Origin: Candidatus Zixiibacteriota bacterium
GTDB taxonomy: Bacteria > Zixibacteria > MSB-5A5 > GN15 > FEB-12
Direction: 5' to 3'
Length of the DNA stretch: 64,000 bases
NCBI GenBank assembly: GCA_024276275.1
Contig: JAJRXM010000006.1
Coordinates: 12,907 to 76,906, forward strand
The position numbers were made by a program, and so were the translations under genes. Numbering within the stretch: position 1 is the first letter of the stretch; every line of letters begins with the position of its first letter. Of this stretch, positions 28,952-38,915 are shown piece by piece. The notes below the pieces were generated by a model. The model was not told the DNA's origin and made no database searches. It saw nothing but the letters and a program-made list of their open reading frames with translations.

Positions 28952-29464
28952 CTACAACTTTATCCCTTTTTGAAGGGACTTAAATTCAGCTTTTAATAGC
29001 TCATCCCGACTGAGGTTTAAGTCAACCGTTTTATCTTTAGGAATAGAAGGACAGTCAATTGTAGAATAGAGAGCTTGATTACTTTTCGGTTTAATATAGC
29101 CAACCTGTATTGACATATTTTTCATATAGGAATCAAGCAGTTGTCTATAGGCAGTACCTTTTCTTAAAGAATCTGAATAAGATGTAAACGAGACAACAAA
29201 GTGAGGATTTGAAGATAAGACTTGAACAGTTTTAATTTGTTCATCTACTAATTTCGTTTGCAAAAATTCAAGCAATGAGAAGAAAGTAGAAAACTCCATC
29301 GTAAGAGCATTCCCCTCACCGATACAGCGAAAGATAACTCCCAGGTTTGGAATAGCAAAAGATATCAATCCATTAGCTACCCCATGTTTTTGCAAAACTA
29401 AATCTTGTTTTGGATATGTAAAAGAAGCAATAAAACACTTTGTAATTTTGTTTTGTTTGGTCAT
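28952..29464 (-). CDS. Hypothetical protein, degenerate RNase HI-like fold
   Basis: Pattern G.ISF.IP..G...T.EF...LEF...V.V.SS....V...GYI....NQA parallels RNase HI but lacks most catalytic Asp residues. Confidence 0.55.
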   Translation of the reverse strand: MTKQNKITKCFIASFTYPKQDLVLQKHGVANGLISFAIPNLGVIFRCIGEGNALTMEFSTFFSLLEFLQTKLVDEQIKTVQVLSSNPHFVVSFTSYSDSLRKGTAYRQLLDSYMKNMSIQVGYIKPKSNQALYSTIDCPSIPKDKTVDLNLSRDELLKAEFKSLQKGIKL

Positions 29465-29477
29465 AGAGATATATAAA

Positions 29478-29492
29478 GCAATCTATATGCCA
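29478..29492 (-). promoter_or_regulatory. Putative sigma54 -24/-12 promoter
   Basis: Minus strand reads (T)TGGCAT-ATAGA-TTGC(T); IHF-like TTTCAACAAGTTA at 29521-29533. Confidence 0.75.
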
Positions 29493-29583
29493 ATATAATG
29501 TCGTTACTTAAGCACTCTTATTTCAACAAGTTATAGACTACGAATCTACTACACATTTACAACCATGAAACAGACTGTCAATA

Positions 29584-30015
29584 TTAGTCTATTGATTTCA
29601 TCAATTGTGCTTTAAAAGTATCATTTGCCTTGATATATTTTCCTGTAGCGGAAGCATATAAAACATTGTCATCATCTCTGAGTTCACCTTCGGTATAATA
29701 CAGTTTCCCTTTTTGATTAATCAGAGACCCGGTAAATCTTAATTTTGTACCTATTTGTACAGGACGTTTATATTTAATTGTCATCTCAGCAGTAACTGCA
29801 ATAATTTCTTGTGCTAATAATACTTTTATCATGACCTCATCTAATAAAGATGCAATCACTCCCCCGTGATATATGTTATTATATCCTTCAAAATTATCTG
29901 TAGCGACAACATCGGTGAAGGCATTTTCTCCATCAAAGAAAAATTTTGCCTTTAATCCTCCAATATTTTTTTCACCGCAAACAAAACAATTTTTATATCT
30001 CAATATTTCTTTCAT
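29584..30015 (-). CDS. PaaI family hotdog-fold thioesterase
   Basis: CFVCG.KN..GL, HGGVIASLLDE, VTAEMTIKYKRPV; start MKEIL at 30015. Confidence 0.9.
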   Translation of the reverse strand: MKEILRYKNCFVCGEKNIGGLKAKFFFDGENAFTDVVATDNFEGYNNIYHGGVIASLLDEVMIKVLLAQEIIAVTAEMTIKYKRPVQIGTKLRFTGSLINQKGKLYYTEGELRDDDNVLYASATGKYIKANDTFKAQLMKSID

Positions 30016-30059
30016 GATATAAAGTAACAGAAGAGACTCTAAAGAGTCAACAATTAGGC

Positions 30060-30097
30060 AAAAAAAAGTCCGCCTATTATAAAAATAGTCGGACTTT
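30060..30097 (-). terminator. Intrinsic terminator after the lipoprotein gene
   Basis: Minus strand AAAGTCCGACTATT...AATAGGCGGACTTTTTTTT. Confidence 0.7.
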
Positions 30098-30119
30098 ATA
30101 ATATATAATATTTTATTTT

Positions 30120-30962
30120 TTAATTGATAGCGATACAAACATCTGAATTGTATTGCCATACAACATCACCACTTCTGACGGAAATAGCAGCGGCACCGTC
30201 AGTAAATGTCATTGTTACTGTCCAGTTTGATACTACAGCAGCAGCCTCATCTTTGGTATAACTCATACTTACCGTTGATGTAATTGTACCACCGTTCGGA
30301 CAAGCTTGATCCCAACCGGTAGGTGTACTATTTATTGTCAGGTTTGTTACTTCTGTACTGAAAATAAATTGTCTTGTTACTGTTGAATCTACTGAGATGA
30401 ATTTATCATTTACTGTTAAATCATTAGTTCCGTCAATAGTTGCTTGATTTGCATTTAACCCTCTATAATCAAATCCTGCTGAACCGTCAAAAGTAGTATA
30501 TGAAACGGCTTTGTCAGCAACGTCATATGTCCAATTATGTCTATACCACATAGAGTCAGAACCGACTCCTGTTTGCGATAGAGCATCATTGCTATAAAAT
30601 TGTACTGAGTCATAAATATTTAATGCATAATCAGCAGTACTTTTGGTAAGGCTTACAATATGCCAGCCGTTTACATACGAAATAGTAACTTGATCGCTGT
30701 CTGAAAAAACCGGACCGTATAGAATAGGGTCTACGTTACCACCTGATGAAATTGAACTTAATGAATTCATACCGGTTAAAACAAAACCTAAAGTAGAATC
30801 GACAAGTGATTCAATTTGACCTTGTACAGCTACAAATTCCGGGTCAGTTAAAGAACCGGCAAGACTTGTAGTACCTTTATCAGAACCACAACCGACAACG
30901 AGTAAACTCAAACTTAAAAGAAGTACTAAACCTAAAACTGTAAAAAATTTTGCAGAGCGCAT
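30120..30962 (-). CDS. Hypothetical lipoprotein (beta-rich, S/T-rich)
   Basis: Start MRSAKFF after AGGAG; lipobox VVGC. Confidence 0.75.
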   Translation of the reverse strand: MRSAKFFTVLGLVLLLSLSLLVVGCGSDKGTTSLAGSLTDPEFVAVQGQIESLVDSTLGFVLTGMNSLSSISSGGNVDPILYGPVFSDSDQVTISYVNGWHIVSLTKSTADYALNIYDSVQFYSNDALSQTGVGSDSMWYRHNWTYDVADKAVSYTTFDGSAGFDYRGLNANQATIDGTNDLTVNDKFISVDSTVTRQFIFSTEVTNLTINSTPTGWDQACPNGGTITSTVSMSYTKDEAAAVVSNWTVTMTFTDGAAAISVRSGDVVWQYNSDVCIAIN

Positions 30963-31015
30963 TATGCGTCTCCTTTCCTTTTCTGTTGCTACCGTTTTAG
31001 GTTTATTCAAAAGTT

Positions 31016-31918
31016 TTATTGTAACAGATATGCCATGATGGCTTTCTGAATATGCAGCCTGTTTTCCGCTTCATCGAAAACTACTGATTGCGGTCCATCC
31101 ATTACCTCTTCAGTAATTTCTTTTCCTCTTTCAGCCGGTAAACAGTGCATCACAATTGCTTTTGAGTTGGCAACCTCCAACAGCGAGCTATTGAGTTGAT
31201 ATTTTTGTAATTTACTTTCTTTTTCTTCTTTTAAATGTTTCTGCCCCATAGAGGCCCAAACATCTGTATAAATTACATCGGCATCTGCACATGCTTCTTT
31301 AGGGTCGGAAGTTACAAGAATTTTACTGTTAGGATTAGACTTAGCTTTTTCCATGATTTCAGCATCAGGATGGCAATCTTCGGCTGTTCCGATTCTAAAA
31401 TCAATAGGAATTAAAGAGGCTAAATTGAGCCAGGAAGTGGTAATATTGTTTCCGTCACCGACATAAGCAACTTTATATCTCTCTTTTTTCTCTAAATGCT
31501 CTGTCATAGTAAAATAATCACCTAAAATCTGACAAGGATGTACTAAATCTGTTAAGCCGTTTACAATAGGGACAGAGGCATATTTGGCTAACTCTTCAAC
31601 ATCAGATTGTTCAAAAGTACGAATCATTATAAGACCGACATACCTGGAAAGCACTTGAGCAGCATCGGAAACAGTTTCTCTTTGCCCTAACTTTATCTCT
31701 CCTCCGGTGACATAAATCGGCGTACCGCCCAGTTCCGAAATTCCGACTTCAAAAGAGATACGGGTTCTGAGCGATTCTTTGGCAAAAATGCAGGCAACAG
31801 ACTTATCGGCAAGTGGTTTCGGTGCAATTTCACCGGATTTCATTTTTTTACAAAGGTCGAAAATTTCTTGAATTTCTTTTGCGGTAAAATCTGTTATTTG
31901 ACAGAGAGAACGAGGCAT
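31016..31918 (-). CDS. argF: Ornithine carbamoyltransferase
   Basis: SLRTR, HPCQ, DGNN, DVWASMG, HCLP, FDEAENRLH. Confidence 0.93.
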   Translation of the reverse strand: MPRSLCQITDFTAKEIQEIFDLCKKMKSGEIAPKPLADKSVACIFAKESLRTRISFEVGISELGGTPIYVTGGEIKLGQRETVSDAAQVLSRYVGLIMIRTFEQSDVEELAKYASVPIVNGLTDLVHPCQILGDYFTMTEHLEKKERYKVAYVGDGNNITTSWLNLASLIPIDFRIGTAEDCHPDAEIMEKAKSNPNSKILVTSDPKEACADADVIYTDVWASMGQKHLKEEKESKLQKYQLNSSLLEVANSKAIVMHCLPAERGKEITEEVMDGPQSVVFDEAENRLHIQKAIMAYLLQ

Positions 31919-32058
31919 GTGAACTCCTTTATTAAAATTGGTTTCTTTTTTATTTAAAATTCGTGTGAAATAAATCTCTTTTTACCTTATTGTCAAGTAG
32001 GAATATACTTCTATTCAATACAAAAATGACGCAAGTTTAACCCTTTTTTTTATATTGC

Positions 32059-32072
32059 TTAACAAAAGTCAA
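32059..32072. promoter_or_regulatory. Possible Crp/Fnr-family box upstream of the porin gene
   Basis: TTAAC-AAAA-GTCAA, one mismatch from the TTGAC-N4-GTCAA box at 33567. Confidence 0.4.
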
Positions 32073-32178
32073 ATCATTAGATATAAAACAGAATTTATTA
32101 GCAGGAGATGAAAATAAAGTATACAAATGAAAATAAAACTAATAAACCTTTAAAGAAAGTTTAACCAGGAGGTAAAAC

Positions 32179-33489
32179 TTGAAAAAACTGTTAATTTTAA
32201 CCGTCTCTGCTTTACTTGTATTTGCTTTTGCTTTTACCGCTTATGCTGAAACAAAAATTACAGTCACCGGACAACTTCGTTCAAGAGGTGAAGGTACACA
32301 AAAATCTTTTGATGCCGCCAACGAACATATCGGAACAATCGGTTATTTACGTACACGTATCAATATTAATGCTGAAGTAGCTGAAAACGCTTCTGCATTT
32401 GTTCAGTTACAAGATTCTCGCATGTATGGTGTTGCCGGGCAATCCGGATCACTAAATAATGACACTAACGTAGGAGTTCATCAAGCATTCATTAAATACA
32501 ATCTTTGGACAAAAGAAAACTGGTCAATCGGGGTTTTAGCCGGTCGGTTTGAATTTAACTGGGGTAACCAAAGATTATTAGGTGCTGTCGGCTGGAGTAA
32601 TGTCGGTCGTTCATGGGAAGGTGAACTAGCTTGGTATGACGCTAAAAAATTCTCTATTACTTTAGGAGTATTAAAAATAGCTGAGAAATCAAAAGCCGGA
32701 TATGACGGTGATTTTGACGCATATGTTTTAGCGGCCAGTATCAAAGATATAGGTCTTGATCTTCTTGCTTTTACTGAAGACAATAAAGATACATCATTTG
32801 CTACAGTACAGCCTTTGAAAAGAACTACATTAGCTGCTTATTATAAAAGAAGAATGGAACAGGTAGATGTTGAATTTAATGTAGCTGCTCAAACCGGTAC
32901 AATAGCAAATAGCGATTCAACAGAGTTAGACATCTCCGCAATGCTGTTTGCCGGTGAAATCGGTTATTCTTTTGAAGGTGAAAGAAATGCTCGCTTGGCA
33001 ATCGCAATCGATTATGCCTCAGGTAACGACGGTTCCGATCCTACCAAATTTAAAAGATTTAATAACTTATATTGGACAGGTCATAAGTTTAACGGTTATA
33101 TGGATTACTTCACCGGTGCCGGTTCAAATGTAAGCCCGAACGGCTTAGTTGATATGATATTTAGAGGTAAAATTGATATTACAAACGGCTGGACACTTGG
33201 TGCTGATGTTCACATCTTCTCAGCAGCTCAAGAATATTCGTTTATAGATTATTCTACAGCTACTCCGACCAATATAACAACAAAGGATATTGGTTCAGAA
33301 GTAGATTTTACAGTAAAAACAAAAAGAGTTAAAGGTATTGCTTTACAATGGGGTGTTTCTGTATTTACTGCTAAAGATAATTTTTCTCTATATAAAGAAA
33401 TGCCTATTTTTGATATTACTCCGGGGGCAAAACAATTTTCATCACAATCCGGCACCTGGGTTTATAGTCAGGCAACAATGAATTTCTAA
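32179..33489 (+). CDS. Outer-membrane beta-barrel, alginate-export (AlgE-like) family
   Basis: Signal peptide; LRTR, FVQLQDSR, VHQAF, GNQRLLGAVGWSNVGRSWEG, DYASG.D, GHKFNGYMD; C-terminal Phe; AGGAGG RBS with TTG start. Confidence 0.85.
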   Translation: MKKLLILTVSALLVFAFAFTAYAETKITVTGQLRSRGEGTQKSFDAANEHIGTIGYLRTRININAEVAENASAFVQLQDSRMYGVAGQSGSLNNDTNVGVHQAFIKYNLWTKENWSIGVLAGRFEFNWGNQRLLGAVGWSNVGRSWEGELAWYDAKKFSITLGVLKIAEKSKAGYDGDFDAYVLAASIKDIGLDLLAFTEDNKDTSFATVQPLKRTTLAAYYKRRMEQVDVEFNVAAQTGTIANSDSTELDISAMLFAGEIGYSFEGERNARLAIAIDYASGNDGSDPTKFKRFNNLYWTGHKFNGYMDYFTGAGSNVSPNGLVDMIFRGKIDITNGWTLGADVHIFSAAQEYSFIDYSTATPTNITTKDIGSEVDFTVKTKRVKGIALQWGVSVFTAKDNFSLYKEMPIFDITPGAKQFSSQSGTWVYSQATMNF

Positions 33490-33510
33490 TTATCATTACA
33501 GAATAATAAA

Positions 33511-33537
33511 AAAGCCCGCTTCATGCGGGTTTTTTTA
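33511..33537 (+). terminator. Intrinsic terminator after the porin gene
   Basis: AAAGCCCGC-TTCAT-GCGGGTTTTTTT. Confidence 0.85.
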
Positions 33538-33564
33538 TTGACATTTCTGTGATAAATCAAACAT

Positions 33565-33582
33565 CTTTGACTAATGTCAAAG
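33565..33582. promoter_or_regulatory. Crp/Fnr-family (Fnr/Dnr/HcpR-like) operator upstream of the octaheme cytochrome
   Basis: Palindrome CTTTGAC-TAAT-GTCAAAG (TTGAC-N4-GTCAA). Confidence 0.7.
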
Positions 33583-33664
33583 TTATTAACTATTGAAATA
33601 ACGATACTTATTACTATAAAACTTAGTGATTTTTTTCACCAACTTTTTAGAGGAGAAATAAGGT

Positions 33665-35074
33665 ATGAAAGGGTTTAAAATCTTTTTCATCGTTGTGGCC
33701 GTACTTCTACTGGCAGCAATGGTAATCGCAAAGCAGGAATATCGCTCTATTCCATCAACATTGACTGAAGAGTCAAAAGCATGTTTGGAATGTCATGAGA
33801 CTGAAATACCTGCCATGGTTAAAGAATGGCGTTACAGTCGTCATTATGGTGCAAACGTAGGTTGTTACGAATGTCATGCGGCTGACCCAAAAGATGTCGA
33901 TGCGTTCGAACATAACGGGTTTAACATTGCTACTATTGTTTCTCCAAAAGATTGTTCAAAATGTCATCAAACTGAATATCAAGAATTTCAAGACTCGCAT
34001 CACGCTGATGCCGGAAATATTCTCGGCTCACTTGATAATGTATTAGGTGAAGTTGTAGAGGGTCCTATGGCAGCTGTAAACGGATGTAAACAATGTCACG
34101 GTTCAATTGTTGAAGTAAATGATGACGGCACACTCACTCCCGAAACATGGCCAAATACAGGAATCGGTCGTATTAATCCGGATGGGTCAAAGGGTGCATG
34201 CTCTGCCTGTCACTCCCGTCATTCATTTGAAGCTGCCTTGGCACGGCAACCTGAAAACTGTGGAAAATGTCATTTAGGCCCTGATCATCCACAAAAAGAA
34301 ATCTACGAAGAATCAAAACATGGTATAGCATATTACGCAAACATTGACCGGATGAATTTAAATAGCTCTTCATGGGTAGTCGGTGTTGATTATTCGGCCG
34401 CCCCGACTTGTGCGACCTGTCATATGTCTGCTACAAGAGACCTTCCTCTTACTCACGATGTCGGCTCCCGTATCAGTTGGACTCTTCGTCCTCCTGTATC
34501 CCAAAAAATTGATGCTGCCGCTAAAGCAAAAGGCAAAGTTGTAAAGTCATGGGAAGACCGTCGAGATGATATGAAAAATGTTTGTTCTGCTTGCCATACA
34601 TCAAATTATGTCGATAATTTTTATGTCCAGTTTGACGGTGCAATTGATTTATACAATAACAAATTCGGTAAGCCTGCAACTGCTATTTACAAAAAAGTAC
34701 GCGGAAGCGGATTAATTACCAACGATACAAACTTTGATGATGAATTAGAATGGACTTATTTCTATCTCTGGCATCATGAAGGTCGTCGTGCCAGAATGGG
34801 AGCCGCTATGTTTGCTCCGGACTACACTCAATGGCACGGATTTTATGAAATTGCCGAAAGATTCTATATGGAATTTATTCCACAGGTTAATGAGATTTTA
34901 GAACATGCTAAAGCTGAAGGTATAAACCCGACTGCTGTTGCTGAAGTCGAAGCATTAATTAAAAAGACTTTTGAAATGGATGAACATAAATGGTTCACCG
35001 GTGATGTTTCTGCCGAAGATAAAGCTGCCCGCAAAAAAGCTCGTGAAGAGTTTAAAAAACGGTACGCAAAATAG
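33665..35074 (+). CDS. Octaheme cytochrome c, hydroxylamine oxidoreductase (HAO) family
   Basis: Signal peptide; eight CxxCH (CLECH, CYECH, CSKCH, CKQCH, CSACH, CGKCH, CATCH, CSACH); HLGPDHPQKEIYEESKHG, APTCATCH, HHEGRRAR. Confidence 0.93.
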   Translation: MKGFKIFFIVVAVLLLAAMVIAKQEYRSIPSTLTEESKACLECHETEIPAMVKEWRYSRHYGANVGCYECHAADPKDVDAFEHNGFNIATIVSPKDCSKCHQTEYQEFQDSHHADAGNILGSLDNVLGEVVEGPMAAVNGCKQCHGSIVEVNDDGTLTPETWPNTGIGRINPDGSKGACSACHSRHSFEAALARQPENCGKCHLGPDHPQKEIYEESKHGIAYYANIDRMNLNSSSWVVGVDYSAAPTCATCHMSATRDLPLTHDVGSRISWTLRPPVSQKIDAAAKAKGKVVKSWEDRRDDMKNVCSACHTSNYVDNFYVQFDGAIDLYNNKFGKPATAIYKKVRGSGLITNDTNFDDELEWTYFYLWHHEGRRARMGAAMFAPDYTQWHGFYEIAERFYMEFIPQVNEILEHAKAEGINPTAVAEVEALIKKTFEMDEHKWFTGDVSAEDKAARKKAREEFKKRYAK

Positions 35075-35100
35075 TATCTTTGCTTAAAACAATACTTTTG

Positions 35101-35127
35101 AAAAAGCCCGTCACCGACGGGTTTTTT
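35101..35127 (+). terminator. Intrinsic terminator after the cytochrome gene
   Basis: AAAAAGCCCGTC-ACC-GACGGGTTTTTT. Confidence 0.85.
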
Positions 35128-35216
35128 CTTGTTTAAATTCTTAGGATTCATTACTTTAGGATTGATTGCGTAACAAAACAGAGCTCTCTGCGTATAAGTT
35201 TAATATGGAGATTAAG

Positions 35217-36002
35217 TTGAAAAAGAATAATTCAGGAAAAGTCATAGTTGGAATAGTACTTATTTTTGTAGGACTATTACTACTAGAAGATACTTTTGGA
35301 TTTGATTTTTCCGGCCAGATAATCCCGCTCGCATTAATCGGACTCGGTATAGCACACATGATACGTCGTCGTAACAAAGACTTAAAATCTCCGACTGATA
35401 AATTTCATCAAAAAGTAAATGATTTTCAAACTAAAGTTGACGAATTTCAAACAAAAGTACATAAGAAATTTAACGAAACGAATTCTTCGTTAGATCAAAA
35501 AATAAATCAGTTTGAACGGTCTATAGACAATTTAGATGAAAAATTAAGTAACTTTGATAGTGGTTTTAATGACGGTTTTAAAAATGATAAGAATTCCGAT
35601 AAAACGCATACCGGAGCTTCTCAGAAAAACGGTAAATTAAAATACGAAAAAGCATTCGGTGATTTGTTTGTCAACTTCAAAGCTGTTAATGTTGAGAATA
35701 TTGAAGTATCTTCAGCTATTGGAGACATTGAACTACAAATGCGGGAAGCAGTATTTACTGACGGGCTTAATCGTTTGATAATATCAAGTTTCATCGGTGA
35801 TATAAAAATATATCTACCAAAAGATTTAGCTATTTTTGTCAACTGCTCAAGTTTCATCGGTGATACAGAAGCTTTAAATAAACGTACAAATGGTTTTGGT
35901 AATAAAGTTGAAGTCCATTCAACTGATTATGATTCAGCCACAAAAAAACTTTATATCGCATGTAGCTGCTTCATCGGTGATATTCATATTTATTCCGTAT
36001 AA
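35217..36002 (+). CDS. LiaF-like cell-envelope stress membrane protein (DUF2154-type C-terminal domain)
   Basis: Two TM helices (GIVLIFVGLLLL, ALIGLG), coiled coil, repeated S.(F/A)IGD beta motifs. Start uncertain (TTG after GGAG at 35217). Confidence 0.75.
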   Translation: MKKNNSGKVIVGIVLIFVGLLLLEDTFGFDFSGQIIPLALIGLGIAHMIRRRNKDLKSPTDKFHQKVNDFQTKVDEFQTKVHKKFNETNSSLDQKINQFERSIDNLDEKLSNFDSGFNDGFKNDKNSDKTHTGASQKNGKLKYEKAFGDLFVNFKAVNVENIEVSSAIGDIELQMREAVFTDGLNRLIISSFIGDIKIYLPKDLAIFVNCSSFIGDTEALNKRTNGFGNKVEVHSTDYDSATKKLYIACSCFIGDIHIYSV

Positions 36003-36005
36003 GCC

Positions 36006-37361
36006 TTACAAAATATATCTGCTTAAATCCTCATCCTCTATAATATCAGCCAGTTGTTTTTCAACAGTTTTTGCAGTGATAACTGCTTTTTTCTTTCTGA
36101 CAGGCGGAGTAAACAATAAATCTTCCAACAATGTCGTCATAATTGTGTGCAGACGTCTAGCCCCGATATTTTCAGTATTTTTATTCACTTGTTCCGCATA
36201 AAAGGCTATTTTTTTTATAGCATCATCAGCAAATTCCAAAGTTACTTTTTCTGTAGCTAAAAGAGCCTGATATTGTTTCACAAGCGATGCTTCAGGTTCT
36301 ACGAGAATTCTTTCTAAGTCTTTGCCGTCAAGAGAATCCAGCTCAACTCTGATAGGGAACCTTCCCTGAAGCTCAGGAATTAAATCAGACGGAGACGATG
36401 TATGAAAAGCACCGGCTGCAATAAACAGGATATGATCGGTACGAACCATGCCATATTTTGTAGATACAGAACAACCCTCTACTATAGGTAAAATATCACG
36501 CTGAACACCCTCACGACTTACGTCAGGACCTGTTTTAGAGACATCCCCTACAATCTTATCTATTTCATCAATAAAGACAATGCCCGATTCCTGCATGCGA
36601 AACATCGCTTCAGAAATAACATCATCCATATCAATTAGTTTGTTCATTTCTTCATTAAACAAAATTTTACGTGCTTCTTTGATAGATACTTTTCTCAATT
36701 TTGTTTTTTTAGGCATAAGTTCCGAGAACATTTCCTGGAAATTAGCACCGAGTTCTTCCATACCCATAGGAGACAAAATTTCGACAACCGGCATCTGGCT
36801 TTGTGTTGTATTCAGTTCAACTTCTCTATCTTCCAGTTTCCCATCTTCAAGTCTTTTTCTGAATTTCTCACGGGTACGAGCAAATGATTCCGGTATATCA
36901 CTTAAATCCTTCTCTCCCTTTTTCGGTTGTTTTATCGGAGTAGGCATAAGAAGTAAATCAAGTAATCGTTCATGAGTATTCTGTTTTGCTTTTTTTTCAT
37001 ATCTTTCGGACATCTCTTTTTTTACCATGTTAACCGAGATGTCAGTCAAGTCACGTACCATCGCCTCAACATCCCGACCGACATAACCGACCTCGGTAAA
37101 CTTTGATGCTTCCACTTTTATAAAAGGTGCCGCGGCTAAATCGGCAAGTCTTCGGGCAATTTCTGTTTTACCGACACCGGTCGGTCCCATCATGATTATA
37201 TTGTTCGGCATGATTTCCTGACGGATATTCTCAGGAGCGTTTTGACGTCTCCATCTGTTTCTCAAAGCTATCGCTACCGATTTTTTAGCATCTTCCTGAC
37301 CTATAATATATTTATCTAAATGAGCTACTATCTCTTTAGGCATCAAATAATTCTTATTCAT
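36006..37361 (-). CDS. hslU: ATP-dependent protease ATPase subunit HslU
   Basis: [46 protein letters not shown]. Confidence 0.98.
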   Translation of the reverse strand: MNKNYLMPKEIVAHLDKYIIGQEDAKKSVAIALRNRWRRQNAPENIRQEIMPNNIIMMGPTGVGKTEIARRLADLAAAPFIKVEASKFTEVGYVGRDVEAMVRDLTDISVNMVKKEMSERYEKKAKQNTHERLLDLLLMPTPIKQPKKGEKDLSDIPESFARTREKFRKRLEDGKLEDREVELNTTQSQMPVVEILSPMGMEELGANFQEMFSELMPKKTKLRKVSIKEARKILFNEEMNKLIDMDDVISEAMFRMQESGIVFIDEIDKIVGDVSKTGPDVSREGVQRDILPIVEGCSVSTKYGMVRTDHILFIAAGAFHTSSPSDLIPELQGRFPIRVELDSLDGKDLERILVEPEASLVKQYQALLATEKVTLEFADDAIKKIAFYAEQVNKNTENIGARRLHTIMTTLLEDLLFTPPVRKKKAVITAKTVEKQLADIIEDEDLSRYIL

Positions 37362-37897
37362 TTAAGACTTTCCACCGTTATGTTTTTGTTAGTGTAAATA
37401 CAAATATCTGCAGCAACTTCAAGTGCTGTTTTCGCAATTTTTTCAGCTGTCATTTTTGGATTGGCAATAATCAATGCTCTGGCAGCAGCAAGAGCAAACT
37501 CACCTCCTGAACCGATTCCGATAATACCGTCATCCGGTTCGATAACATCACCGGTTCCACTAACTAGCAAAATATGTTTACCGTCAGTAACTCCGATAAC
37601 AGCCTCAAGTTTCTGCAGTGACCTGTCCGTACGCCATTCTTTTGCAAGTTCGACACAGGCTTTCGGCAGGTTACCTTCGTACTCTTCTATTTTCTTTTCA
37701 AGCAGTTCATATAATGCTAACGCATCAGCAGCAGTTCCGGCAAAACCGGTCAGAATTTTTCCGTCATACATAGTACGAATTTTCTTCGCTGTTGACTTCA
37801 AAACTGTCTCGCCGTAGGTAACCTGACCGTCACCGGCAAAAGCTGCTTTTCCTTTATGTATCAAACCGACAATAGTCGTTGCTTTGGTAGTTTTCAT
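37358..37897 (-). CDS. hslV: ATP-dependent protease peptidase subunit HslV
   Basis: [29 protein letters not shown]. Confidence 0.98.
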   Translation of the reverse strand: MKTTKATTIVGLIHKGKAAFAGDGQVTYGETVLKSTAKKIRTMYDGKILTGFAGTAADALALYELLEKKIEEYEGNLPKACVELAKEWRTDRSLQKLEAVIGVTDGKHILLVSGTGDVIEPDDGIIGIGSGGEFALAAARALIIANPKMTAEKIAKTALEVAADICIYTNKNITVESLK

Positions 37898-37907
37898 CTA
37901 ATCCTCT

Positions 37908-38822
37908 TTATTTTTTCGCACCCGAACGGGGATGTGCCCGGTTATAAACTTTTTTCATGGCCTCTGCCGTAACATGAGTATATTTTTGCGTTGTCGAAAG
38001 CGAGGCGTGTCCTAGTATTTCTTTTATCAAAAGTAAGTCGGCACCGTTTTCTAACAGATGCGTCGCAAATGAATGTCTGAGAGTATGCGGAGTAAAATCC
38101 ATTCCTTCTTTTTGGGCAAACTTTTTCACTATCCTATTTACGGAACGAACAGATAAAGGTTTACCGAATTTATTCAAGAGCAAATACGGAGATTTCATAT
38201 TTTTTTTCAGAAGAAAATCTTCTCTAACAGATAGATAACTCGATAACTCCTCAAATGTATTTTCTCCGGTGGGAACTATCCGAACTTTGTTCCCTTTTCC
38301 AAGTACTGTAATGGTCTGAACCGACTTGTCAATATCAGAAAGTTTAATATTGGCAAGCTCTTCTCTTCTCATACCGGTAGCATATAAAAGAGCAATCATA
38401 ATATAGTCACGATGGAAAAAATACTTTTCTGACTGAGTTATTTTTTTATCTGTTGCAAAAAGCTTCTCAATTTCACCCATCGGAATAAAATCGGGGATTT
38501 TAGAACTGAATTTCATTTTAGGGAGCTTGAACAAGTAATAGAGATTAGCATCGTTTCTTGACAAAAACTGCTGAAAGGTTGACAATACAGACAAAAAACG
38601 TGCGAGTGAACGGTTAGAGATATTTGCCTCGACCCGTCCCTGTAAATATAGTCTTAGATATAACGGATCATTTTTCTTATTACCTGAAAATTCCTTATGC
38701 TTTATTTCCAAAAACTGTATCCATGGTTTTAAATCTCTTGCATAAGCTGTAATTGTATTTACGGAGTATGATTTCTGTTCGCTAATATCTGTGATAAATT
38801 TTTCAAATAGTTTTGCTATCAT
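37908..38822 (-). CDS. xerC: Tyrosine recombinase XerC
   Basis: LYATGMR, GKGNK.R, HTLRHSFATHLL, LGH...TTQKYTH; conserved topA-xerC-hslVU synteny. Confidence 0.88.
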   Translation of the reverse strand: MIAKLFEKFITDISEQKSYSVNTITAYARDLKPWIQFLEIKHKEFSGNKKNDPLYLRLYLQGRVEANISNRSLARFLSVLSTFQQFLSRNDANLYYLFKLPKMKFSSKIPDFIPMGEIEKLFATDKKITQSEKYFFHRDYIMIALLYATGMRREELANIKLSDIDKSVQTITVLGKGNKVRIVPTGENTFEELSSYLSVREDFLLKKNMKSPYLLLNKFGKPLSVRSVNRIVKKFAQKEGMDFTPHTLRHSFATHLLENGADLLLIKEILGHASLSTTQKYTHVTAEAMKKVYNRAHPRSGAKK

Positions 38823-38870
38823 AAATATAAGATATTTAATAAAAAGAAGTTAATCAATAAAATTAGGAAT

Positions 38871-38900
38871 AAAAAAACCGGGCGTGTAACCCGGTTTTCT
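38871..38900 (-). terminator. Intrinsic terminator after topA
   Basis: Minus strand AAAACCGGG-TTACACG-CCCGGTTTTTTT. Confidence 0.75.
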
Positions 38901-38915
38901 TCATCATATATAAGT

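Noticed and set aside
35400-35985. 21-bp-period repeats and repeated TTCATCGGTGATA
   Set aside because: Explained by protein repeats (FQTKV heptads and SFIGD beta motifs) in the LiaF-like CDS.
37908-38822. Tyrosine recombinase as a prophage or island integrase
   Set aside because: Sits in the conserved topA-xerC-hslVU context, with no att-like repeats or cargo.
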